From Terriglobales bacterium (GTDB lineage Bacteria; Acidobacteriota; Terriglobia; Terriglobales; Acidobacteriaceae): DNA of 34,280 bases. The stretch covers positions 1 through 34,280 of the forward strand of contig DATEGM010000204.1 in NCBI GenBank assembly GCA_035280085.1, in the 5' to 3' direction. The notes under the pieces were generated by a model. The model saw only the letters and a program-made list of their open reading frames with translations, was not told where the DNA came from and did no database searches. Shown here in pieces: positions 1-8,541 of the stretch. Numbering within the stretch: the stretch's first letter is position 1; every line of letters begins with the position of its first letter. The position numbers were made by a program, and so were the translations under genes.

Positions 1-589
1 CCCAGAATTCCTGGTTTTGGGAAAACGTGCTGATTATGAGTTCACGCCGTAACCAATGAAATAGTCCGTCCTTGGCTCTGGCCCAAGCCGTTGGCGAACC
101 GATGGGTGCCCCCCACAGATAAAAAACCGGCTCTCCCAGCCTGCATCCGCTCCACGCATAGGCGCGGTCCGTCGTCGCTGCTCTCCAATCGTAGCTCTCC
201 CGAGTGATAAAGAATCGTGTAGGCGTTCCCGAGGAACCTCCCGTGGCTTCGGGGAGTAATTTCCCCGGATAGTTGTTCGCACACAGCTGCGCGCGATGTT
301 CGTTAACTTCCTGGCGAGTAAGCGGCGGAACACGGGCGAAATCGTCCCAGCTCTTTAAGTCTGCCAGCGCGATGCCGGCGCTAGCGTACTTCTGGCGGTA
401 GTAGGGGACATTCTCGAAGGCATGTTTGAGAAGCTGCTGTAACTCGTTCCATTGAAATTCCCGCATCCGTTGTGGTGACCACCACTGGCTTTCTTCCAGA
501 AATGCTCGATGCCGAAAGTAGGAACGCCCTCGCAAACGGTTGTAGCTAGGAATGAGAACGGATTCCAGCAACCGGTTGTATAAACTCAA
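1..589 (-). CDS. Adenylate-forming enzyme of the phenylacetate-CoA ligase (PaaK)/CapK-like family; N-terminal part only, gene runs off the left edge
   Basis: Absent from the supplied ORF track because there is no stop inside the window. My reverse-complement translation of 589->1 is stop-free (196 codons): MSLYNRLLESVLIPSYNRLRGRSYFRHRAFLEESQWWSPQRMREFQWNELQQLLKHAFENVPYYRQKYASAGIALADLKSWDDFARVPPLTRQEVNEHRAQL...LLPEATGGSSGTPTRFFITRESYDWRAATTDRAYAWSG... The NVPYYR / VPPLTRQE / TGGSSGTP (Ser/Gly/Thr-rich AMP-binding loop) pattern fits COG1541 PaaK/CapK-type ligases. TTG start at 589 has GGAGGA (complement of 596-601) 6 nt upstream and an in-frame TAA further upstream (641-643). Confidence 0.8.
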   Translation of the reverse strand, partial: MSLYNRLLESVLIPSYNRLRGRSYFRHRAFLEESQWWSPQRMREFQWNELQQLLKHAFENVPYYRQKYASAGIALADLKSWDDFARVPPLTRQEVNEHRAQLCANNYPGKLLPEATGGSSGTPTRFFITRESYDWRAATTDRAYAWSGCRLGEPVFYLWGAPIGSPTAWARAKDGLFHWLRRELIISTFSQNQEFW

Positions 590-795
590 AAGGATTCCTC
601 CGCGGGGGAATGCTGCGGGCGAGAATGACGGGCGCAGCGATTATAGCACTGGGTTGCAGCGCGCAGGCAGAAGTACAGACCGCCACTCCACTTGTACTTC
701 GCCTGCCCCGGCTGCGCGTAGCTGTGGTGCTTTTCTTAGCCCATCGGGAATCGCTGGCGGACGGACCTCAGGTAGTAAAATAACGACCTTCAACT

Positions 796-2130
796 ATGCA
801 ACCCAGGTCCACTCCTCAGGTGCTGATAAAACAGTACGGTCAGCCCGACGGCGATGAACAGACCAGCGTGTTATTCGCGGGCGATTTTTACATCAGGCCT
901 GATCATTCCTTGCGTCGTGGCGACGACCTTTTCGACCCGGCCATCATTCAACTTATACGGCAGTCCTCGTCTTCACTCGTAAACTTTGAGGGCACTCTCA
1001 ACCAGCAAGGTTACCCGGGGATCCTCAAGGAGGGCCCTCGACTAGCCCTCCATGCCGGCGCTCCTGCGCTCTTGAGTTCAGCGGGTTTTCGCGCCGTCAC
1101 CCTGGCCAATAACCATGCTATGGACTACGGTGCGGAAGGGCTCGCGGACACCATCCGGGTCTGCACTGAGTCCGGTCTTCAGCATGTGGGTGCCGGCAGA
1201 AACCTGCAAGGGGCAATGGAATCGCTCCGCTTGTGCTTACCAGGAAATTTGCGTTTACAGATCCTATCCTTCTGCGAACGCGAGTTTGGAGTCAGTACCG
1301 GTGGTTCGCCGGGCACCGCCTGGCTTACCAGCCCACAGGCGGAGAATGCGATCCAACGAGCAAAGCAGGAGAGCGATGTTGTCATTGTCTGTTCGCACGG
1401 GGGAAATGAGTTCATGCCAGTTCCCTCTCCCCAGCGCCGGCGCCAATTACAGAATCTGATTGATGCCGGTGCGAATCTGGTCATCGGCCACCACCCGCAC
1501 GTTCCCCAAGGCTGGGAGCAATATAGAGACTCCTGCATCTTCTACAGCTTAGGAGATTTTTATTTCGATAGCCTCGACGGCAATCGCTATAAGTGCCGGG
1601 ATTGGGGATTCATGGTTCGTGTCGGCCTTGCAGCAGGGCGCATCAAGAGCCTGAAGATTCTTCCTTACGAGCGCGTGTCCGACAAAATTGTTCCTCTCGG
1701 CCAGCGGAGGGATGCAGGAACCTGCCTGGCTTTTCTCGAGAGAATCTCAACTATCCTTACCGCCCCCAATTTTGAAGGCTACTGGCAGCAGCTGGCGATC
1801 GATCGGCTAGCTGACTACCGGCCGTTCATGCGCCAGGCGCGAGCATATTCCCGTGCCTCCTTCCGCGAGTGGGCTAGCGAGAGCTTGCGGAAGGGCCGAG
1901 ACATGTGGCGAGGTTGGTTCCCGGCGAAAGGAGATTCGACAGAAAGGCACACAACGCCTGTTCAACAACAAGCGCTGGGGACCCTCAACGTAATTCGTTG
2001 TGAATCGCACCGCTGGGCCTTGGAAACGGCGCTCGCGGTTCTTTCCGGCGACTGCAAGGATCTGCGCACTGATGAGATTAGAAAAGAGCTTGAAACTATG
2101 AGGCCTTTTTACACCTACGAGAGTTCATGA
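796..2130 (+). CDS. CapA/PGA_cap-family metallophosphatase-like protein with a ~150-aa C-terminal extension
   Basis: 444-aa ORF. It has the ordered motifs of the CapA (PgsA) family: LFAGDF, NFEGTL, LANNHAMDYG, VCSHGGNE, IGHHPHVPQG. No N-terminal hydrophobic anchor or signal peptide is visible. Confidence 0.75.
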   Translation: MQPRSTPQVLIKQYGQPDGDEQTSVLFAGDFYIRPDHSLRRGDDLFDPAIIQLIRQSSSSLVNFEGTLNQQGYPGILKEGPRLALHAGAPALLSSAGFRAVTLANNHAMDYGAEGLADTIRVCTESGLQHVGAGRNLQGAMESLRLCLPGNLRLQILSFCEREFGVSTGGSPGTAWLTSPQAENAIQRAKQESDVVIVCSHGGNEFMPVPSPQRRRQLQNLIDAGANLVIGHHPHVPQGWEQYRDSCIFYSLGDFYFDSLDGNRYKCRDWGFMVRVGLAAGRIKSLKILPYERVSDKIVPLGQRRDAGTCLAFLERISTILTAPNFEGYWQQLAIDRLADYRPFMRQARAYSRASFREWASESLRKGRDMWRGWFPAKGDSTERHTTPVQQQALGTLNVIRCESHRWALETALAVLSGDCKDLRTDEIRKELETMRPFYTYESS

Positions 2131-2184
2131 AGTGCCTTTGCTTGCGAACTGAGCCCATGATCGGCGCGCCCCGCCCGCAAACTC

Positions 2185-3249
2185 TCACGATCCTAAACTC
2201 ACCCCCCGAGCGCTGGCCTCGGCGACTGCTCCCGTTCTAGCCCCAAAGAAACCTGACATCGTCCCTGCCGCGTAACAGCTGTGCATCAGGAAAAACACAA
2301 TTGCCACCCGCCAGAATTGCCGGGATGGCCTGGTATAAACAGCCGCTGCAATTGACCCGGCAGCGTATGTGCCCAGCAGCGCACAAAATAGTACGCGAGC
2401 AGGAAATATGCCCGCGAGGCCGAGAAGACCCGCGATAATTAAGACAACATAAAACCCGAACGGAACAATATGCCGCAGGCCGAAAGGAAAACTGCGCAAG
2501 AGAATCACGGTTTTCGAAACCCATCGCCCGTTGTGAAACATTTGCGAGGCGACGCTGCCTAGAGTCGTTCGGGGATGATAGGTTGCCGTGGTCGCGGGAT
2601 AGAAAAACAGCTTAAATCCATTTTTTCGCAAGCGCGTGTGGAGTTCATTGTCCTCGCTTCGTCCCAGCGACTCATCAAATAGCCCCACCTGCAGCAGTAT
2701 GCTCCGGCAGTAAAGCGGCACGCCCAGAGTATCTGTATATCCGGGCGTGGCGCCCAGCCGATAAGTCGCGTTGCCTACTCCGAAGCGGGACGTTTGCGCC
2801 AGCGCAATCGCTTGCGCCCAGCTGTCGGTTGTGGTCGAGGCCGAAACTCGTTGTCCTCCCACCGCTGCAACCGTGGAATCAGTTTGCCGAAGCTCCAACA
2901 GCTTCTCCAGACAGCAGCGAACGTAGTCCGGGTCTAGACGGCAGTGCACCGCATCCAGGCGGAGTATGTACTCTCCGTTCGCGGCGCGAATGCCAACGTT
3001 CCAGCCGCTGGCCTGGATGAGGCGAGGATTATCCAGCAGGCGGATGGGAAACGGGAGCTCCCTCCGCCCATACGTCTCTACCAGTGCCCGTGTGTCATCG
3101 CTGGACCTCCCGTCCACAACCAGAACCTCGAGCGGCGCATAGTCCTGCTGCCGAATTGATTCCAGCGCGCCAATTATGTCGCGGGAGCCATTACGTACCA
3201 CGATGAGGATACTGACCAGCGGGCGATCCATGTTTCCCGCAGGCATCAT
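2185..3249 (-). CDS. Family 2 glycosyltransferase with C-terminal transmembrane helices
   Basis: 354 aa. N-terminus VSILIVVRNGSRDIIGALESIRQQDY...LEVLVVDGRSSDDT is the classic GT2 (GT-A) signature. RLDAVH supplies a DxD-like element. The C-terminal ~110 aa are strongly hydrophobic (FGFYVVLIIAGLLGLAGIF..., LLGTYAAGSIAAAVY..., VAIVFFLMHSCYAAG). Confidence 0.85.
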   Translation of the reverse strand: MMPAGNMDRPLVSILIVVRNGSRDIIGALESIRQQDYAPLEVLVVDGRSSDDTRALVETYGRRELPFPIRLLDNPRLIQASGWNVGIRAANGEYILRLDAVHCRLDPDYVRCCLEKLLELRQTDSTVAAVGGQRVSASTTTDSWAQAIALAQTSRFGVGNATYRLGATPGYTDTLGVPLYCRSILLQVGLFDESLGRSEDNELHTRLRKNGFKLFFYPATTATYHPRTTLGSVASQMFHNGRWVSKTVILLRSFPFGLRHIVPFGFYVVLIIAGLLGLAGIFPARVLFCALLGTYAAGSIAAAVYTRPSRQFWRVAIVFFLMHSCYAAGTMSGFFGARTGAVAEASARGVSLGS

Positions 3250-3387
3250 AGCATCGGCGTTCCTGCGGCTAAAAGCCTCGCATCGGCCCTTTCACGCAAA
3301 CCACTAGCTAAGCCTGGAGCTGGTCAAAAGCCGAACCTCCTCTTGGTGAAGTTTTCTGATGTTACTCGGCGATTACCAAGGGGCCAC

Positions 3388-3416
3388 TTGCGAAGTTTTT
3401 CGTTCTTAGGGATAAT
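3388..3416 (+). promoter_or_regulatory. Candidate sigma70-type promoter for the MBOAT operon
   Basis: TTGCGA (3388-3393), exactly 17 nt spacer, then GATAAT (3411-3416), in the 328-bp divergent intergenic region ~160 nt upstream of the ATG at 3578. Sequence match only; promoter consensus for this (unknown) taxon is assumed to be E. coli-like. Confidence 0.3.
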
Positions 3417-3577
3417 CTGACGAATCCGTGTTGTGCGGAACTGCCAGCCCCAAGGCTGGAGCCTATGCCCCCTGTTCTGCGCGACTCCTGAGAGCTTGTG
3501 CGCAACTCCGTGGGTCTGCCTGGGGTACGGTTGTGCCGAAACTGCAGGTCTTACCAGAACTGGTGGTAGGTTCATAA

Positions 3578-4996
3578 ATGTGGTTTGACACCCCGGCCTA
3601 CGTCTTCTTCCTGATTCTGGTGGTCGCCATCTACTGGCGGCTGGGACCAAGGCATCAAAACCTGCTGCTGCTCGCCGCCAGCTATGTTTTCTATGGCTGG
3701 TGGGACTACCGTTTCCTGCTGCTGATGATCGGCAGCACGACCATTGATTTCTTCATCGCACGCGCCATCGTCAAATCAGCTTCCCCAAGGGTCCGCCGCA
3801 CCCTGCTGATTGTCTCGCTGGTATGCAACTTCGGCATCCTCGGCGTCTTTAAGTACTTCAACTTTTTCGTGGATTCGTTCACCCACGTGTTGAATACGGC
3901 CGGCCTGCACGCCTCGCGGCCGTTCCTGCGCATCATCTTGCCGCCCGGAATCTCCTTTTACACCTTTCAGGAAGTTGCCTATGTGGTCGACGTTTATAAG
4001 GGCAAGGTCAAGGCCGCGGAGCGCTTCGTTGACTACGCGCTTTTCATCAGCCTGTTCCCCCACCTGATTGCGGGCCCGATCCAGCGTCCCAACCACCTGC
4101 TGCCGCAAGTCCAGGGCGCTCGCTCTTTCCGCTCCGACCAGTTCTTCGACGGCATCATGCTCATACTCCTCGGCCTATTCCGAAAGTGCGTCATAGCCGA
4201 CAACTGCGCTCTGCTGGCTGATGCCGTGTTCTCCGGCAGCTTCGGTAAGCCGGACCTGTTCCTCGCCGCCATTGGAGCGTATGCATTTGCCTGGCAAATC
4301 TATGGCGACTTCAGCGGTTATAGCGACATTGCCCGAGGCAGCGCGCAACTGCTGGGATTCCACTTCATGGTCAATTTCCGCCAGCCCTACCTCGCCACTT
4401 CCCTGCGCGACTTCTGGCGCAGATGGCATATCAGCCTGAGCACCTGGCTGCGCGACTATCTCTATATCCCCCTGGGCGGAAGCGCGGAAAAAGGGTACCG
4501 AACCTATCGCAATCTGCTCATCACCATGCTGCTGGGCGGATTGTGGCACGGTGCCAACTGGACTTTTGTGATCTGGGGCTGGCTGCACGGCGCGGTCCTT
4601 GCCGTGGAGCGCTACCTGAACGAACACATCAAGGCCCTGCGGCACATTCCCAATCTCAAGGGCATGCGCACCTGGACCCAGCGCATCGTGATCTTTCATC
4701 TGGTTTGCCTGGGCTGGATCTTTTTCCGTGCCGACTCGCTGGCCTCGGCGGTTGATCTGCTGCGGGGATTGGGCACCCTCTCCTGGCATCCCGAATATTT
4801 CATCGCTTTCAAGCTTTTGGCGCTTTTTGCGGTGCCTCTGTTTCTGGTTGACTTGTATCTGGAACACACGCAAGAGGAGTATCCGTTGGAACATCGCGCG
4901 CCTCTGCCCCGCATAGCGTTTGCGGTAAGCGCGCTGGCATTGATCGCATTCTTTTCGGCAAATCAGGCTCATGCGTTCATCTATTTCCAGTTCTAA
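3578..4996 (+). CDS. MBOAT-family membrane-bound O-acyltransferase (AlgI/DltB/PatA-like)
   Basis: 472 aa and polytopic. Family hallmarks are present: N-terminal FLILVVAIYW...ASYVFYGWWDYRFL, central FPHLIAGPI, and the histidine-containing block FWRRWHISLSTWLRDYLYIPLGG...LLGGLWHGANW. Confidence 0.9.
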   Translation: MWFDTPAYVFFLILVVAIYWRLGPRHQNLLLLAASYVFYGWWDYRFLLLMIGSTTIDFFIARAIVKSASPRVRRTLLIVSLVCNFGILGVFKYFNFFVDSFTHVLNTAGLHASRPFLRIILPPGISFYTFQEVAYVVDVYKGKVKAAERFVDYALFISLFPHLIAGPIQRPNHLLPQVQGARSFRSDQFFDGIMLILLGLFRKCVIADNCALLADAVFSGSFGKPDLFLAAIGAYAFAWQIYGDFSGYSDIARGSAQLLGFHFMVNFRQPYLATSLRDFWRRWHISLSTWLRDYLYIPLGGSAEKGYRTYRNLLITMLLGGLWHGANWTFVIWGWLHGAVLAVERYLNEHIKALRHIPNLKGMRTWTQRIVIFHLVCLGWIFFRADSLASAVDLLRGLGTLSWHPEYFIAFKLLALFAVPLFLVDLYLEHTQEEYPLEHRAPLPRIAFAVSALALIAFFSANQAHAFIYFQF

Positions 4997-6020
4997 GCCG
5001 CCGGCCAAGGCCCACATTGTGCTCGTTCTGGCACTGTGCACGCTCTTCTGCCTTAGTGTCGAGGTTGTCACCGCGTACTTTTTTGGCCGGGTGAGCCGTA
5101 TCGAAAGCCGCCGAGAAGGCGAATACCGACAGGCAATGACAGTTCGCTCCGGCAAGCCGCGCGGAAAGCTGTCGGTACTGGTCGCCGGCAATTCCCTCTT
5201 GCTGCACGGCGTGGACTTCCCGGAATTACAGCGGGAGCTGGGACCGGAAGTGGAGCTTCATCGGGTGGTCTTCGAGGACACCTCCTATCTGGACTGGTTT
5301 TATGGCCTCAACCACATTTTCCGTCGGGGCGCCCGGCCGGATGTCGTGGTGCTGCTGCTCTCCCCGGTCCAACTCACCGATGATGCGACCGAGGGCGATT
5401 ACGGCGCCCATATGCTGGTAGACCACCGGGACATTCTCTCCTATGCCCGCGACGTCGGCGCGGACCGTAACCGTACCAGCGTGCTGGCCCTCGATAATCT
5501 CAGTTTCTTTTTTGGAACGCGCACCGAGATTCGCACCTGGATTTTGGGCAAGCTTCTGCCCGATCTTCCCCGCCTTACGCGCTACTTCCGAGGCAACTCA
5601 GATGCTCCCGCGTACTCCGTTCCAGTTGAGGTTGCCACCAGCCGGCTGGCGCGGTTGCGCGCGACCTGCGGCCGTTACGGAGCCGCTTTTGTGTTGACTG
5701 TCCCGCCTACCAGAACGGACTCTCCCGCCGATACCCGGGTAGTGGAAACAGCGGGCGCCAGCCTGGGTGTGCCTGTGCTGGTCCCGGTAGACGAGGGTGT
5801 GCTTCCGCAAAGCGATTACGCTGACCTGGTGCACCTGAATCCCCATGGCGCTGCCCGGTTCACGCCGTTGTTTGCCGGTAGGTTGCGGCCATTCGTCGGC
5901 GGAGGCATGACGGCGCAAGCAGCTACTGCGCCGGCGACGCAACCCTCGGCTTCCCTGCGCGTCACCGCCAGGGAAACGGACGGCGGACAGTTAACAAGCT
6001 CATCAAATACACCCAAATAG
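4971..6020 (+). CDS. Membrane-anchored SGNH/GDSL-like protein, putative acyl-transfer partner of the MBOAT
   Basis: 349 aa. The start overlaps the MBOAT stop by 26 nt. Positively charged N-terminus followed by one TM (IVLVLALCTLFCLSVEVVTAYFF). Block-I-like VLVAGNSLLLHG (Asn replaces the usual Asp of GDS) and block-V-like DLVHLNPHGA (DxxH). Family assignment is by motif only. Confidence 0.5.
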   Translation: MRSSISSSKPPAKAHIVLVLALCTLFCLSVEVVTAYFFGRVSRIESRREGEYRQAMTVRSGKPRGKLSVLVAGNSLLLHGVDFPELQRELGPEVELHRVVFEDTSYLDWFYGLNHIFRRGARPDVVVLLLSPVQLTDDATEGDYGAHMLVDHRDILSYARDVGADRNRTSVLALDNLSFFFGTRTEIRTWILGKLLPDLPRLTRYFRGNSDAPAYSVPVEVATSRLARLRATCGRYGAAFVLTVPPTRTDSPADTRVVETAGASLGVPVLVPVDEGVLPQSDYADLVHLNPHGAARFTPLFAGRLRPFVGGGMTAQAATAPATQPSASLRVTARETDGGQLTSSSNTPK

Positions 6021-6054
6021 CTGATTTCGTGGTGGAAGCGCGCCTGGTCTGGAA

Positions 6055-7242
6055 TCACTTGGTAATCTGCCGTTGAATGACGCTTTGATAAGCCTCCATC
6101 AAGATGCGGGCACGCGCTTGCGGCGAGTACCGCGAAGTGATCAGTTCGCGGCCATGAAGCGTGATGTTCTTACGCAAGCTGGCATCCGTTAACACGCTCT
6201 GAAGAGCCTGCGCCATGGCCCGGGGATCGCCTGGGGGAACCAGTAGGGCAGACTTTTTGTCCTCTACCATTTCTGGCACCCCGCCAACCGCGGTTGCCAC
6301 CGTAGGGACACCAGCGGCGAGGGCTTCCAGCAGAACGTTAGGCGAACCCTCGCTGGTGGACGAGATGGCCAGCACATCCGCGGCCCGAAAGTAAGGCCGC
6401 ACGTCGTGAACATGGCCCGGCAACGTTAGGTTTCCCAGCAAGTGCAGACTGCGCGCGCGCTCCTCAATGCGCGGCTTCTCTGGGCCCTCCCCCGCGATAA
6501 TGAGCCGAATCCGCGCATTGGGTGTCAGATCTCTCAGTTGGGCCACGGCTGCGACCAGGTCGGGAAATGCCTTCTCCCGGGAGAGGCGGCCGACAGCGAG
6601 AATGGTGCGCTCTCCGTCCCCCGGGGCAGATTCAGCGCAAGCAGCCGGGGGCTCAGCGTGATTTTGCGGAACCGCACTTATCCAATCCTCTGAAATAGCG
6701 TTGTAGACCACGGAAATGCGCCACGGCGGCACTCCGATATCGCGGAGCTGCTGCGCGAACGGCTCACACATGGTGATGATCTGAGCAGGCAGGCGCAAGG
6801 ACCATCTATCCAGTTGGTTGTAAACCAGGGTCCTTCTCGCATCTCGCGTATAGCCATGATGAAAGGCAATCCACGAGCAGCTTCGCCAAGCTCCCGAAAG
6901 ACGCACCAGGAAATGCGACTTCACGTGGTGGGTTTCAATGATGTGCGGCCGAATCTTTCTCACCAGATCGCGCAATGCGGGGAGGATCCTTAGATCGAAG
7001 GGAAACCGCTCATGAATCGGTTCCATCTCCAGGCCGAGCTCACGCGCCGCGTCAAACAATCGATTGCTGCCTGCCTCTTGACCGGAAGAACGTACAAAGC
7101 CCGCCAGGGTGACCGCCGGCGGCGCATCCGTGCTGCGGGAAACCGCACAAAATTCCAGAACATTTCTGGCCGGGCCGGAGACATTCTCACCCTCCAAAAG
7201 AATGAGCACGCGAAGAGGCCGCGGTTGCGAGCGGTTATCCAT
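6055..7242 (-). CDS. GT4-family (GT-B, Glycos_transf_1) glycosyltransferase
   Basis: 395 aa. C-terminal half carries VGRLSREKAF...IIAGEGPE...ISSTSEGSPNVLLEALAAGVPTVATAVGGVPEMV (E-x7-E motif region). Start overlaps the stop of the upstream GT4 by 8 nt. Confidence 0.85.
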   Translation of the reverse strand: MDNRSQPRPLRVLILLEGENVSGPARNVLEFCAVSRSTDAPPAVTLAGFVRSSGQEAGSNRLFDAARELGLEMEPIHERFPFDLRILPALRDLVRKIRPHIIETHHVKSHFLVRLSGAWRSCSWIAFHHGYTRDARRTLVYNQLDRWSLRLPAQIITMCEPFAQQLRDIGVPPWRISVVYNAISEDWISAVPQNHAEPPAACAESAPGDGERTILAVGRLSREKAFPDLVAAVAQLRDLTPNARIRLIIAGEGPEKPRIEERARSLHLLGNLTLPGHVHDVRPYFRAADVLAISSTSEGSPNVLLEALAAGVPTVATAVGGVPEMVEDKKSALLVPPGDPRAMAQALQSVLTDASLRKNITLHGRELITSRYSPQARARILMEAYQSVIQRQITK

Positions 7243-8509
7243 GACGTTGCGCCAGCAAATCGTGATGCACGCGGTAAAGGGACTCGCCCAGAGCAGCCCA
7301 GTCGTAGCGCGCCGCTACCAGTTCACGGCCGCGGGCGGAAAGCTGGCGCCACAGAGCCGGTGAGCCGTGAAGGCGAGACACGGCGGCGGCGATTTCATCG
7401 GGAGTATCGCCGAGAAGAAAATCCTGCTCGGGCTTGACCTCCAATCCTTCCGCGCCGATGCGGCTGGCCACCACCGGCACACCGGCGGCCATCGCTTCCA
7501 GAATCTTCAGGCGCGTGCCTCCAGCAATGCGCAAGGGCGCCAGCGCCACCAGTGCTTTGCGGTAGTAGGGTCGGACATCTTCCACGGTGCCGGTCACGGT
7601 CACCCCCGGCACTTGCTCCAGTTTGCGCACCGCCGCCACCGGCCGGGAACCCACGATGACGAATTGCAATCCAGGAGCCGCAGCATGAATTTTCGGCCAA
7701 ACCTCGCGCCCAAAGTAAGTCGCGGCATCAACGTTGGGGTGAAAGTCCATAGAGCCGACAAAGACGATGCTGGCGCGTTCCTTCTCGGCGGTGTGCGCTT
7801 GTTCTGCGTAGAACCCCACGTCTACCCCGTTTTCGATAACTTGTGCGTTTATCTGTGGGACCATGCTGCGAAGCAGTTGCAGGTCGCGGTCACTCACCGT
7901 GACGTGAGCATCGCAATCGCTCAGGAACTTCTGCTCGGCAGCGCGCAGTAGGCCCGAAGTTCTTCTGGCGTAGATATTCTGCAGCCGATTCGGAGCATGT
8001 TCGCTGAAGCGTGCCATGCGGTTCGACTCCACATCGTGCCAGTCGCAGACAACCAGAGGACGTGACGGCGCGGAGCGAATTATGGGCAGGTAGCCCGCCA
8101 GATGAATACCTTCGATCTGCACGATGTCGAAAGAATGCTCGTTTACCAGGCGACGCAACTCGCCGGCGACTTTTTGATCGTGGTAGTTCAGGATGCTGAG
8201 AGGCGTGGGACCAACAAAGCCGCGCACCAGGTTCCATGCAGAGTATCGGCCGCGTTGCGCCACCAGCCGAATGGCTTCCGGCGGCAGATTCAAGCCGTTT
8301 CCTGACTGCGGCAGCGTATCGAACTCTTCTGCCTGGCAGATTCCCAGGAACGTGAGCGAGGCGCGAGAAGCCAATGCGCGCAAAAGATAATAGTCGCGAA
8401 TACGGGCGCCGCTGTCGGTTGGCCAAAAAATCCTGGGCGAAAAGAAAAGAATACGCATGCTGGCGGTTGCACTGTTCGCGGAACCCGCGGGTGCGCCGGC
8501 TGAAGTCAT
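7235..8509 (-). CDS. GT4-family glycosyltransferase
   Basis: 424 aa. MRILFFSPRIFWPTDSGARIRDYYLLRAL N-terminal GT-B fold signature and a C-terminal LKILEAMAAGVPVVASRIGAEGL nucleotide-sugar binding block. The ATG at 8509 has an AGG-containing purine run upstream. An alternative ATG at 8458 would give the typical MRIL... N-terminus. Confidence 0.8.
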   Translation of the reverse strand: MTSAGAPAGSANSATASMRILFFSPRIFWPTDSGARIRDYYLLRALASRASLTFLGICQAEEFDTLPQSGNGLNLPPEAIRLVAQRGRYSAWNLVRGFVGPTPLSILNYHDQKVAGELRRLVNEHSFDIVQIEGIHLAGYLPIIRSAPSRPLVVCDWHDVESNRMARFSEHAPNRLQNIYARRTSGLLRAAEQKFLSDCDAHVTVSDRDLQLLRSMVPQINAQVIENGVDVGFYAEQAHTAEKERASIVFVGSMDFHPNVDAATYFGREVWPKIHAAAPGLQFVIVGSRPVAAVRKLEQVPGVTVTGTVEDVRPYYRKALVALAPLRIAGGTRLKILEAMAAGVPVVASRIGAEGLEVKPEQDFLLGDTPDEIAAAVSRLHGSPALWRQLSARGRELVAARYDWAALGESLYRVHHDLLAQRHG

Positions 8510-8541
8510 TTTACCTGCCCCGGAAAGCGGCTCACTCTCTC

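Noticed and set aside
34-333. Minus-strand ORFs 34-333 (99 aa) and 42-284 (80 aa) from the ORF track
   Set aside because: Both are the two alternative frames of the same strand as the CapK/PaaK-like gene (1-589). Their translations are Arg/Gly-rich with no family motifs, whereas the third frame is stop-free and carries clear ligase motifs.
552-857. 101-aa plus-strand ORF spanning the capK/capA divergent intergenic region, and similarly 3324-3650 (-) in the GT2/MBOAT intergenic region
   Set aside because: They overlap the starts of well-supported genes, have Arg/Ser/Gly-rich composition and lack an SD. They lie where promoters are expected.
796-2130. Interpretation of the window as a poly-gamma-glutamate (cap/pgs) locus because of the CapA-family gene
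   Set aside because: No CapB/PgsB (Mur-ligase-like) or CapC/PgsC genes are present. The CapA-like protein lacks the membrane anchor, and all neighbours are glycan-biosynthesis genes.
4175-5191. 338-aa minus-strand ORF antisense to the MBOAT gene
   Set aside because: This is a typical GC-rich shadow ORF, with a low-complexity Arg/Gln/Ala-rich translation. The opposite strand encodes an unmistakable MBOAT.
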